NCBI RefSeq assembly: GCF_041146345.1
Contig: NW_027191411.1
Coordinates: forward strand, 1,922,001 to 1,986,000
Reading direction: 5' to 3'
Length of the DNA stretch: 64,000 bases
Origin: Neodothiora populina
Taxonomy: Eukaryota
This document shows, piece by piece, positions 34,280 through 46,256 of this stretch (position 1 is its first letter; each line of letters opens with the position of its first letter). The notes below the pieces were generated by a model. It ran no database searches. It was not told the origin of the DNA and saw only the letters and a program-made list of their open reading frames with translations. The position numbers and the translations under genes are program-made.

Positions 34280-36639
34280 CTGTGCTCTTCTCTGGTCCGT
34301 GGTTATGCTGTAAGATCGCTGTCCGCGAAGATATCCGGATGCTTGGATCGATTCGAGGACGGAAGATAGCCAGAAAGTCAAGAAACAACGAGTACAACTG
34401 TTTGCTCGGTGGTATGCAAGGCCGCGGAGACACAAAGGCGCCGTGGCAGAGGGGCTTGCTTTTACTTGCGAGCGGGCGACCAGTGATCGGGGCCAAACGA
34501 CTTCTCAGCTATGCGTCAGATAGGCTCGCTACGCTGCCTGCTACTAGTCCGAAGCGAAAGGTGAGGAGAGTTGTAAATATAGTAGGGTAGCGGGCGCGAC
34601 ACATGAATACTAATTCTAGTCAGTCGCCAGCGTTGCACATGTATTGTATAGACTAGAGAGGCGCTGGAGTCGTTGCACAAACGAAGAAGGGTGACGAGGA
34701 TAGGTAATGTGACAATGAGTATAATATGATATGTAATCCTGGGGAGGAGTGGGGGAGGGACAAGGTACAGGGTCTCCCAAGGCGCAGTGATGCAAAAGGC
34801 AAGGTAGGTATGGCAAGGTGAGGTAAGGTTAGGTAGCTCGAGGATACCTAAGATCGGGCAGGTAGGTACAGCTTGAGCGGTACCTGTTCTGCTGTAAGCA
34901 CCTTAAATAGGCAGACTAGACTAGTGTATTGTGCCTACTCGATGACCAAGACATGGAGAAGGGGATGAGAAGAGGAAGACAGAAGAAGGGAAAGAAGGTC
35001 CCGAGACGTGACAGATGCCCTTGGCCTGGTGCCCTGCATGTTGGCGACTGTCTAACCATTATCTTGGACACGGCAGTGTGCTACTGTACCACCGTGCTCC
35101 AGTTGAGTACATGGTGCGACTACCGGTCAATAGATAAGGCGAGATACCTTGGGCAAAGCAGTCGGTTGCAGCAGCATGCGGCACGCCAGCCAGCCATTCC
35201 CGTCAGTGTCGTCCTGTACACTACTTGCATCTTAAGCGATGAACTCTTTTCTGGCCCTACGGTATAGTGGTACCGTAGTTTATTGCCATGTGAGCAGGTG
35301 GATCCAAGGTCCACTTCTACTTCCTTCTGTACCTTTGCTATTACAACCACGCGGGCAGCCTTGGATATAGTAGGTACATGTCCCATGTCCATTCAATAAG
35401 CGAGCATCATACTGTATCGTACTATATTGTACCTTGCCTCTCTTGCTGCACCGACACCTTTCCTCACGGCATCCCATCGCCCTACCTCCCAGCACGTTCG
35501 GACTTTTGCTTCGGGTAAGGATTAGGTAGGGTAAAGTAGTTACTCTTTCTTAGCGTGTCATCTAGTCCCTTCACCAGAGAGTCTAGCTTCGGGGCGCCTG
35601 AACCCAGTCGTATCCTAAATCTACGATTTGTTTCCGCAGTCATGTCTACTCACCGCGTACCATGTGCGCTTGAGTACAGTATCTCGAATAATGACAATCT
35701 CACACCATAAACTTTGTCAATTAAATGTTTGAATTGAGGTGCTGCTAGTTGGAAAGAGGAATCCGGTCTCGTCCCGACAACGGAACATTGCGCACGGCTG
35801 ACTGATTCTTGCGACACAAGCAGATGAACCACACCACCGGGCGACACAGCCGCGGAATGCATCCTATTCATGCATGCATGACCGTTCCCTAAGGTACCTG
35901 CCCTCCATCCTATTCAACTCTTTCTGTGGTTGTTCTAGTCTCGTTCCAGCGACATTTTGGAACGTGCTCTGGTTCAGGCAACACAAGTGTCCTGACCTTG
36001 CCTTAAGATAGCTTCTTACTTGTTCGGTATGCACACCGGGCTCTCGCTACGGCTCCTGTTGACAGCAATCCCGTGCGCGACTTGGCTTTTGGCTTGCTAA
36101 ATCCTCCGTTAGCATTACTATTGGTGAGAAGGTACCCCGGTCGAAGATGAGTCATTCTGTGCCGGCCAAGGTACAGGGGTATCATTGCAGACATTGCCGT
36201 GAACGTTGCATAGGCAACTTTCGTCATCGCGAGCAAGGCGTGGCTCTGGCGGCCCGCGCCCAGCACAAGTGGTCTATACCATCCAAGAGACCACATTAGC
36301 TAGGTAGGTACCGTAGCTGCACCTCTATCCACTCCACGAGTCTGACTGACTACCGTCCCCGCCTTGCAGGGAGCTCAGAAATTTCGGCGCCGGATCACGT
36401 ACATGTACATGCACACATCAGGCACGGCATGAGTCTCTTCAAAACAATTCGGCGATGACGTCTATTTCAGGCAGGGATATCAGGCAACACACTTCATACC
36501 TGGTTAGTCATATTCTCCGATCGCATGGAAAAGACCTTCTTCGTTTCATTAGTCTGTTGCACGAACTGCAACTGCAGACGGGATGTGTCTAATCATGACA
36601 CTGGGACGCCTGAACTTCTAATCTCGATATACCTTTCCA

Positions 36640-36675
36640 ACATCATCATCATCATTATCATCATCATAATCATCC
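36640..36675. repeat. Imperfect (CAT)n microsatellite
   Basis: catcatcatcatcattatcatcatcataatcat read directly. Confidence 0.85.
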
Positions 36676-37520
36676 CTCATCTTTTCTCATTGGCTTACCT
36701 ACTCGCTGAACCCGCCGCCGGGCTCCGGATAACGTTTGTGGTGTAAGAAAGGTTAGGAGAATAAGAGTAAGCGTGGGCTTTATCGCTGTTGTCCTAGCCG
36801 GCCCCGAATTTGGACGAGACGCCATTGATTACTCGGCTCGAGAAACAAGAGGTGGTCAGGCTGACCGCATGTTCGACCGCCTCTGTTGGTGTCGTGTGTG
36901 TATCGGTAGGATTCATCCATCTCACCGGATCGGTCTGGACTTCTCTCAAGTTATTCCTTTCGGAACAATATCTCGATCTCGTCTTTCTACAGAACCAATG
37001 ACCTTTGCTACTTTTTCGCTTTACACTCCGAAGTAAGTAAGCAAGCAAGATGACAGTGCTCTATGCCCATGTCGATGCATGTTACTGCGAAAGGATCAGG
37101 CAACTATATTGAGCAGAAATCGCGTGAAGGATGCCCTCGCAATGACTACCCTACCTCTACGTTGACTGTTGAAACTTGACGGGGCAGTGCTCGATAGATT
37201 GCGGTCGGTTGTTCAATCGGTCTCCTACGCACGTACTCAAGGAAGACGGCAGGTCGTCAAGCGAAGATAATTACAGTAGGTGTCACCGGACGACGAATCG
37301 AAGGGCTGCCTGATGTTTGTGTTCTACCTTACGCCCGTACTACCAACCCCCACTCTTTCATTCTATGTCGGCTCTGGAGGATAGTACTTTATATTGGCTC
37401 GGGTTGGATAGGGTATTGCGGAAGATAGCCGCACATAGCTTAATCCGACTGTTTGGTTCATGGGTGCGCAAATGTTCATTTGGCTCACGAGCTACCTTGC
37501 TTCCTCAGGTATATAAAAGA

Positions 37521-37550
37521 GCTCTACGCAGTGGCGCCGTCCGCGCAAGG
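37521..37550 (-). repeat. Solo fifth copy of the 23.1-23.8 kb hairpin repeat
   Basis: GCTCTACGCAGTGGCGCCGTCCGCGCAAGG matches the inverted copies (CCACGCAGTGGCGCCGTCCGCG core) with few mismatches. Confidence 0.8.
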
Positions 37551-38638
37551 CTTGATATCAGTCCTGAACATACGGTTCTCACTATACTAGAATCATGTCG
37601 GGTTTTGAAGGGCTGCGCTACCCTGTCACAAAATTGAGAAATGAATTGGTGAGTATAGACGATGTCGGAAAAGCATTAATACCAGTGCTAGCCATTCATT
37701 TATAATGCGCCTTTGGTCGTAGAAGAACCCCCGAGCAATCTTAGCCTACAAGCGAATTACAGAACAAGGTACCCACACTGACTCGGCCGCGACATGTTCT
37801 TGCTATCCACATAAAGAGGCGCCACCACTCCACATCCTGTAGTACGGAAAGATAGCTTATCACCACTCCCAGTCTGGTGGATCTGCCGCGTCCTTACTCG
37901 GAGAATCCCCCCTGCATCGGTATTGCTGGTTGATATTGCTGGCGTTGACATTGATGCGATGCCATGCCTGGTGAAAACAACAAGTCGATGCTACACTCCT
38001 ACCTGCTCATGCGAGCAGGTTACATTCGTCAATCACAGCTGAATATGCCACATGAAAGTCAAGACGGTCAGTCATTGTCACAGCAATCATTGCTCAAGGG
38101 AAGACAGTCTCTGCTTCTCTTTGGTAGCTCACTGTTCGGATTCAACTACCATTGTAGACATTACCTGCGAATTTCCATTTAGAGCTCCAGCGTCGCGGCA
38201 TCGTTGTACGCAGCGAACGGCTTCAAGGCGTCGTAGATGAACGTAGATGAGACTTCATACTTTGAAACACTCGGTGATCACGGCAATGATCAGAAGACGA
38301 GAAGCAATCGGACACAACAAAATATCGAGATCTTATATGTGACGGACCTGCAAAATCATATATACAAGCATGGCGTGACACTACGCGAGGAGAGAGCACC
38401 GGCGATATCGTAACGACCGACGGGCAAGCTTTCCGTTTAGCCGCATGAATCGCTTGCTTGGGGTCAGCCAGGGCAACTTAAACAACCTTCGTAACGATTA
38501 TATCATGAGTATTGATTTGTATACACGTTCTTCGTCATCTGTATCACTTTACCCGTGTCAGTAGTAACGCTATCATTTTTGACTTGGACGTATTTCGTTT
38601 GTATTACTGCGCTGTTTCCGTCGTGCTAGCCGGCCAAG

Positions 38639-39839
38639 ATGTCCAAGTTGTCACAGCCACTCAAATCGCTGATAAGCGCTTCACATGCTCGGCCGAACAC
38701 CACGCCTGCACCGAAGAACATCAAGTCGTTGTTCCAGAGTGTTGCGCAAAGTGCCCAGACGAAGAATGTCGGGACTCCAGCATGGCTGACGATTGCCGTA
38801 AGTCTCTCCCACGGCAGTTCGCAGTCTCTTTGATTCACATGAGATAATGCTATGCGATGATGTCCTGTCCATGTCATGATTATTACAACAATTGAGCGGA
38901 TTCCGTATACTGATTCAGATTGATCGCAGACTGCCACATCAATGACGCTGAACTCGCCCGAGTCGATGTTGGAACTGTACCACACTGCCGTGGCGTCGTC
39001 GGACTCTGCTGGACCGGTAGGCACTGCCGAGTTCATGCGTGAGGTCGGGTTGAAGTGCATGTGTATCAATGGCGTGAGTATATTTCCCTGTATTTCTCTC
39101 TCCACTGTCTACGTGAGTGGGCGGGAAACAATGTCACTGTCGGCTGATCAGATGGATCAGGTGCCTCGTGTGATCAATACATTGGGTGGTTTCCGAGCTG
39201 GTCTCCCCGAGGATGTCGTCAAAGGACTATCAACGACCGTTACGAGGTGAGTGCCTACCTTGACACAATATGTCTCCATTTCCAAATCGTCTTGTGGCTG
39301 GTGAGCTCGGTATTACTACGGAATCACAAAGTGTGGCAAAACAAATCTTCAAGAAACTGATCACTCCATAAAAAAGACAACTCAACACATCCAACATCGA
39401 AGCCGTGACATCTCGCGGCGCCCAACTTTGGAAATCAATCTACAACCCGTTGCACGACAAGCTCTTCGCCAAACTCGGCGACTCGCATCCGAACCTGCCC
39501 GTCTACATCCTCGAAGCCGAATATGGCGCTCTGCTGGCCGACCCTTCACCCAACATGCCCGGCCCATGGAAGGTCGGGCGCGTGCTGACGAGCATGATGG
39601 CCGTTTCATGCCTGCGCAGTCAGACTGGTGTCGGCCCGCAAGTCACGAGTCATGTTTTCGGACTCCGCAAGGCCTACGCGGATGGCTCTGCCAAGGCCGA
39701 GGATGAAGTGAAAGGTGGTGAGTGGTTGGCTAGCGACGAGGGTAGTACGTGGTTGTTGGAGACTGTGGATAGGATCAGTGGTGCTATTGCTGAGGGACAG
39801 GGTACCACATTCGCGCCAGGGATTAGAGCTAAGCTTTAA
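38639..39839 (+). CDS. AhpD / carboxymuconolactone-decarboxylase-like fold protein with a C-terminal PTS1 (yeast Pxp2-like family)
   Basis: Exons 38639-38797, 38930-39073, 39161-39246 and 39377-39839 splice in frame. Motifs MREVGLKC..INGVPRVIN, RGAQLWKSIY, EYGALL, GRVLTS, SHVFGLRKA. Ends AKL*. Confidence 0.78.
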
Positions 39840-40153
39840 GGAGATTTGAGAAGGAAGTCATGTGTCTGTAATGGTGGCATTGTTGACTGCGGTAGACCAT
39901 GACCAATCTTGAATGTAATCTGTAGATAGATGAGACAGACGTTCGAGTGCGACTTGGACAGAGCTTTAGCATTCAGTGTGGTAGGATTGGGGACTCGATA
40001 ACTGAACTGCTAACATAGCGATGTTTACAAAAGTGTTTGCGAAAGTGTTTTTATTCCTTTTTTTATTCTCCATATTTGATCTTCTATTATATTTATTGTT
40101 TGTGCTCAAGCGAACGCCTATCCTACTTGCAAGAGACTGCTAGTAGTCCAAAC

Positions 40154-42027
40154 CTAGTCCATGGTCAAAAGGTCCTTGCTGACCTCGAACCTGGCATCCG
40201 TCTTCTCTTTGATCTCATCAACGGTGACTCCAGGAGCCAACTCGGTGAGCGTCAAGCCTCCGTTCTGGCGGTCGACTTGGAAAACACACTACAAATCGCC
40301 ACATGTCAGTCGAAAGGTCACGAGGAAGCAGGAAAAAACAAAACTTACGAGGTCGGTGATGATGGTGCTCACGACTCTGGCACCAGTCAGAGGCAGACTG
40401 CACTCCTGCACGACCTTGGAGCGGCCGTACTTGTCCTGGTGGTCAGTGAGACAAACGATCTTGGTCTGGTCGGGGTTCGACACGAGATCCATAGCGCCAC
40501 CCATTCCCTTGAGCACCTTGCCGGGGATCATGAAGTTGGCCAAGTCACCGTTTGCGCTGACCTGCAGGGCACCAAGCATGGAGACGTCGACGTGGCCGCC
40601 ACGGATCATGGCGAACGACTCGGCAGAGTCAAAGGTCGAGCCGCCGGGGACAATGGTGACGGTTTCCTTGCCGGCATTGATCAAGTCGGCATCGACCTCG
40701 TCTTCGGTCGGGTAGGGGCCCATGCCGAGAAGACCGTTCTCCGACTGGATCCAGACCTTGGTCTCAGGGTCCAAGAAGGAAGGTGCGAGGGTGGGCATGC
40801 CGACGCCGAGGTTGACGTACATGCCGTGCTTGAGCTCGCGGGCGGCGCGCTTGGCGATTCTCTCTCTTCGCACAATGGCCGCCGACTTGTCCGACGAGTC
40901 GCTCTTTGCGCCCTCGGGCTCGCGCGTCTTCTTGATTTCTACAGTCTTGTTGGCTGTGGCGGGCACGATGCGGTTGATGTAGATTCCGGGAAGGTGCACG
41001 TCGTCGGGGTGGATGCTGCCGAGAGGGACAATTTCCTCGGCTTCGACGATGCTGATCTTGGCGGCTTTGGCGACAAGGACACCGAAGGCTTGAGTGGTGT
41101 AGCTGTTGTAAATTGGTCAGTCTGTCCATGTGGAGCACAATGGTCAGAATTCGTCTTTTATCACGTACCGGAAGCGGCAGTTTCCTGCCTCATCGACCTT
41201 CCATGCTCTCAAGATACCGACATCACCCTGGATGGCGTGCTCCATGTTGTATTTCTTGCCGTTGAACTCTCTGGTCTCGCGCTTGTTGCCGTATTCGAGC
41301 ACTGTAAGCTCCTTGGAGCCATCCTTGGCTGGGCCGAGTCTGACAGGAATCTCGCCAGTCTCGATCTGAGTGTTGACGCCAGTGGGAGTGTAGAAGGCGG
41401 GAATGCCAGCACCTCCGCATCGGATTCTCTCGGCGAGAGTTCCCTGAGGGCACAGTTCAATTGCAATCTCTCCGGCGTAGTATTTTGACTCGAGCGCCTT
41501 GTTGTTTCCGAGGTATGACTGAATCATCTTGGTGATTTGACCAGACTTCACCAGCGATGCCAGGCCGCCGTCTCCGGCACCTGCATTATTTGATACTGCA
41601 GTGAGGTTGTTCAGTGATTGAGGGCCTCTACGCGCTAATGCTTGGATGACGGTCTCTATGGAAGCAGGGTTGTTCAGTAATTTGTTTCTAGGCTCGGTAA
41701 TCGGTTTCGGATGAGCATCTCCTTACCAGCCACTCCGCAAAGGCCGAATCCTGATGACAGAATCGTAGAGCCACTCTGGATGTCTGCCACAGCCTCGTCG
41801 GCGTCCTTGAAAAGCTTCGACCTTGCTCGGTCTTGTGTGGGCGCGACATCCTGACTCTGCTTCTTGATCGAGGCAGCAGTGCTTCCTAGCCTCCGTCCGG
41901 TGGTGTTGTAGAAGTAACTTGCTTTGTTGGTACAGGTTGCGCGAGGAACTTGCAGGCTGTTCCTTAAAACTACTGTGACTCTGGCACCAGCTGCCAAACG
42001 CGGCATTGTTCGAGACAGAGAAGCCAT
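40154..42027 (-). CDS. Mitochondrial succinyl-CoA:3-oxoacid CoA-transferase (fused alpha+beta, SCOT family)
   Basis: Arg/Ser-rich presequence, SSGFGLCG, SNNAG, ELCPQGTLAERIR, catalytic IQSENG, GMGGAMDLV, CSLPLTG. Exons 42027-41727, 41655-41169, 41102-40349 and 40288-40154. Confidence 0.93.
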
Positions 42028-42654
42028 AATCTACAAAAAGAACAGAGCAGAAGTGGAGATTTGGAAAATGCGAAAAGGACTGATGTTCTAGAAAAGAGCA
42101 ATGGCTGTGAGGAAGAGCCCACCAGAAGCCAGTCAATTATAAAACATACGCATCGGCTATCGTTCGGATGCTTCGAATGACGTTTCCGTGTGCCCGTCTT
42201 CGGCCTGAACAGACAATAGCAGCGGACCCAAGGCGGCGAGAGCGGCAGAGGACTCTGGGGGCGATTTGGGGGAGAGTGCTCTGGGATGTGCCCGTACCTT
42301 AATTTGCGCGCCCGGCAGAAAAAGCGTTGCACTGTGCTCTCCACCCAAGGATCACCTCCGTGGGCATAATGTCCTCGTCCTTCATCGGAAGCTCTCCTTG
42401 CCGGTGCCACAGATGACCACAGAGACCAATACCGCAGACTAGTCTCCACTACTCCATAACTTTGCGGGTGGTTTCGTGGAGTCACGCGCAACATCAGTCA
42501 GTTGTGCACGAAAAGAGTAGCGCGCACAAGTACTGTACTCGTTGCCCTGCTGTAACCCTTTTAGAGCGACCGGTCATAGTTTCTTCGCCGTGCCAATCCG
42601 ATTCGGCCACTTAATCAACGCCCGATCTCATGAGCGGCAGCGACAAAGTTCAGA

Positions 42655-45634
42655 ATGGTTGATATGCAGCAAGGCATGACTCCGTCGCCTGACGTACACG
42701 CGCCACCTAGCGACATTGCGGCGAGTACGAAGCAGGCAGCCTGCCTATCCTGTAGAGCTATCAAGATCAAGTGCGCACGTGGTGTCGGGTCTGCTGCGTG
42801 TAGTAGGTGCTCGAGTAAGGGGCTCAAGTGTGAAACTCCAGACTATCGCATTGGCAGGCGGAAAGGAGTACCCAAGTAAGCCCAAAGACCTTGTCACTTG
42901 TCGTCAGCTACAGTTGTCGTCTCTTGGTGCATTCCCTTCTCCTCGAGGCAAGGCGTTGAGATACGTCTATGTCTGGAGAAGCGCCGAGGAAGCTACCTAT
43001 GTATAGCGCCGAGTCTTGAACCCAAGATGGCATTGACATGTGCAATCTTGTGGGTGCAGCGCGCCGGCGTTGAAAAATTCCCATTGGCGTCTTGTTCACA
43101 TACCTTATGTTATAATGCAACTACAAGCCCATAGCGACTACCAACACAGCCTAAACTAACAAACGCTTCCCCTCGCAGTAAACGCAGAGGACTGGACAAG
43201 GCAATCCACCAGCTTGAGCAAGCCCTCACCGATGCCAAGACCAATGCGGATAATGCAGGTCAAGACAGTGTTACTGCCGTCCGTCTTCAGCAGCTCTTGG
43301 GAGAGGTCGGGTCTATAGTTCAAAGGGAGCCCAAGGGCCAGACTGTCTCTTCACCAGCTAGCCACAGTACAGGTAGTACCTTTCCAGTCGTAGCAACGCC
43401 GAACCCGGAGCCTTCCCGTACGACCACCAGTTCACCAATCCTCGCTCGACATCGAGACGATGCGGCGGAACGCCTGGTCATCGAGGATGCGGAGAATCCT
43501 CTGCAACTCCTTGCTCATGCCACAGAGCATTGCTTGCCACTCAGTCCGCTCGCTCAGCATCAGAAGTGGCCTTCGAGTGTCACTGCTAGATCAACGAACG
43601 AGTACCAGAACAACAGAGCCGAGGATGTCTTACGAGTCTTCTTCGGGGCCTCAAGAGTTAATCTAGATATAGGACCCGCTCTGGATCCAATCAGTCTTGG
43701 CTTTGTAACGTTAAGGGAGGCTGAAGAGCTCGTCACTTAGTAAGTTCTGCTCAAGGTCGTCAGCGATGTGGCAAAAAGACGAGTCTAATCCCATAAGGAC
43801 GGGCTGCCACTCAACGACAGACCATCATCACCTGATTCCACGGTCAAATAATCTGACAAATTGTATAGTTTCCACGACAATCTGGGACTTACAAGATGGG
43901 GTTTAGACCCGGCGATCCACACGACAAACTTTCTTAGACAGCGCTCAGCATTCCTTTTCACCACGGTCATGTTTGTCTCATCCAAATTCATTCCCACTGC
44001 TGGCGCACTATGTACAAGGCTTGCAGCGCATTGCAAGGCTTTGGCCCATCACGTCATGAACAATCGTAACAGATCTGTGGAGATAGTCGTCGCTTTCATG
44101 TTCAATGTTCCATGGCTACCCGCTGGAGAGCAGTGGGAAGATGACGAGGGAAGCTCGTTCCTTGCCAACGCACTGTCTATCGCCCTCGACCTATCTTTAG
44201 ACAAGGCTATCGCTTCCCCATCTGACATCCAATCGCATCAGGGCTTAACAAGCCGCGATGTTGTCAATGCTCGGAAGGCGCTAGCCCTCGATGGATTCGA
44301 CTCCGTTGATCCGACATCCGTTCTAGGTCGGAGACTGCTGCGCCGTCGAGAAAGGGTGTGGCTGTCGCTGTTTATCCTCGACAGAGGGTAGTGTTCCCCA
44401 CACAGCACGCGAGATTCGAACCATGGCTAATACTCCTCCAAGATTTTGTATGGCTCGCGAGCGACGCTCCTTGTTCCCTCTAGACACTCCATTGCTGAGC
44501 CGTTGCAACGATTGGCATCTGTCTGACATCGCAGCTCCAGCTGACAGTTCACTCATATCCATTGTTGTCATAAGAAGGAATCTAGTAAGTTGAACTGAGC
44601 ATCATGCTACACGGCTTGTCGATTGACGCTTATGCAGACTGGACTCATCGTCAGTGCCAAAGGACTATGTGATTCTTACAACCCCGAAGCAGATGATGGT
44701 ACTGCTGTCGCTGAATCGTAAGGACTCCCTCTATGTGCTAGTCGCGGATTGGCAACTGACCATGTTACCAGGATTCGTGACATGATCGAGACCTACATTG
44801 AGGATTGGTATGCTACGTGGGGTCCAGTTGTTGCTGACTGGAATGGTACGGGTTCTTTCGGATCTCGGCGCTCCCTTCTTCACTAACATCGTATCGATAG
44901 AAAACCAGCTGCCTCCATATGTCGAAATACTCGGCTGTCATACACGTCTGTCCTTCTACGGTCTGGTTATGAATTACCCTACCGCTCCGGCGGAAGTTCA
45001 TAGATTCTTTCGCGTTGGAGGTCTTTCGGCGAGCATTAACGTGATGCGAATAGCCTGCAAAGGCGAGGCCCTCTGGAAGTCAGTGCCGAACAATACCATA
45101 GTTATGGTCGCTTTTGCAGCTTGCTTGGCTCTGCGCCTGAGCAATACACAAATCGAAAGCAATCCGGGCATCGCGCAAAGTGTGCGAAGCCTAGTACACC
45201 AGACCGCGGACGTCTTCCACAGGATCGGATCCTTTCCAGCACACAGACAGGGTGCTTCCGTCCTGTATGCATTGCTGTTAAGAGCAATGATAAAGAAGTA
45301 TCATCCTGAAGCGCAATCACCTGATACAGGCCTAGAGCCTTCGAAACGTGTAGCAATGCCGAGTGGTCCAATTCCGGAGGCTATTGCATCACACGGAGGC
45401 CCATGGTACGGCCCCAACATGGACCACACAGTCTATCGAGGAGGCTACGTTTCCCCTGTCGATTCGTCGCAGCCGTTCAGTCAGGCTCCTCCTTTTGCTG
45501 ATATGTCTGATCTTGAGTTTTCACAAGCTTTGAAGACTGTTGAAAGCGAGCTTTATGCCTCCGAAGGCACGATACCCCCTGAGTGGTGGAACAACTTCGA
45601 CTGGCTGACTTGGGACGATCGATTGAATCAATGA
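42655..45634 (+). CDS. Zn(II)2Cys6 transcription factor (Aro80-like architecture), divergent from the CoA-transferase
   Basis: ACLSCRAIKIKCARGVGSAACSRCSSKGLKC, ENPLQLLA, DPISLG, RRRERVWLSLFILDRG. Multi-intron; first intron about 42876-43178. Confidence 0.85.
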
Positions 45635-46256
45635 TCTTGGCAGTATGAAGCGTTTTGTCTTTCCTTATACGACCGCATGCCATGCCCTCATGCCATTCAC
45701 GAAAATACGTTTTATCCTGTGTAGGATATCTCGTCTTGATGACTCCTAATTATTGATTACTCAATGTCACTGAGCCTTGTATTCGCGATTGCCGACCTGG
45801 AAAGGGGCCAGTCAAGTCGAGTTGTATTCATCCATAATCGCTTTGTGTTACCTATTTATCTGACCAACGACACCGCAATCTATGCCACAATTTCGATTCA
45901 GCATCAATGCAATAGACGACTCAGCTTCGCTTGAACTTAGCAACAAGTAGGTTGTGTGCATTCCGGTCCTAATCCCTGTGACATGCTATTGCCTCTTCGC
46001 CCCTATCTTGCGATCATCATATGCCTTTGGCCAGGGTCTCCCTCTCGCCATTTCTTGGCATGATTTCGCTTTTCCGGAACATGTCGGAAAAGCCAGATTG
46101 TGCCACTATACTTTTCCGACATCGATCATTCTCACCACAGTAATCGGTATACTGAACGACCCTGACATATACTCCACTCAGCTAGTGTGAGAGCATCACT
46201 AGCGTACGTTCATTTGATTGGTCATATTAAACAGATCTTCTGTCTCCAAAACACGT

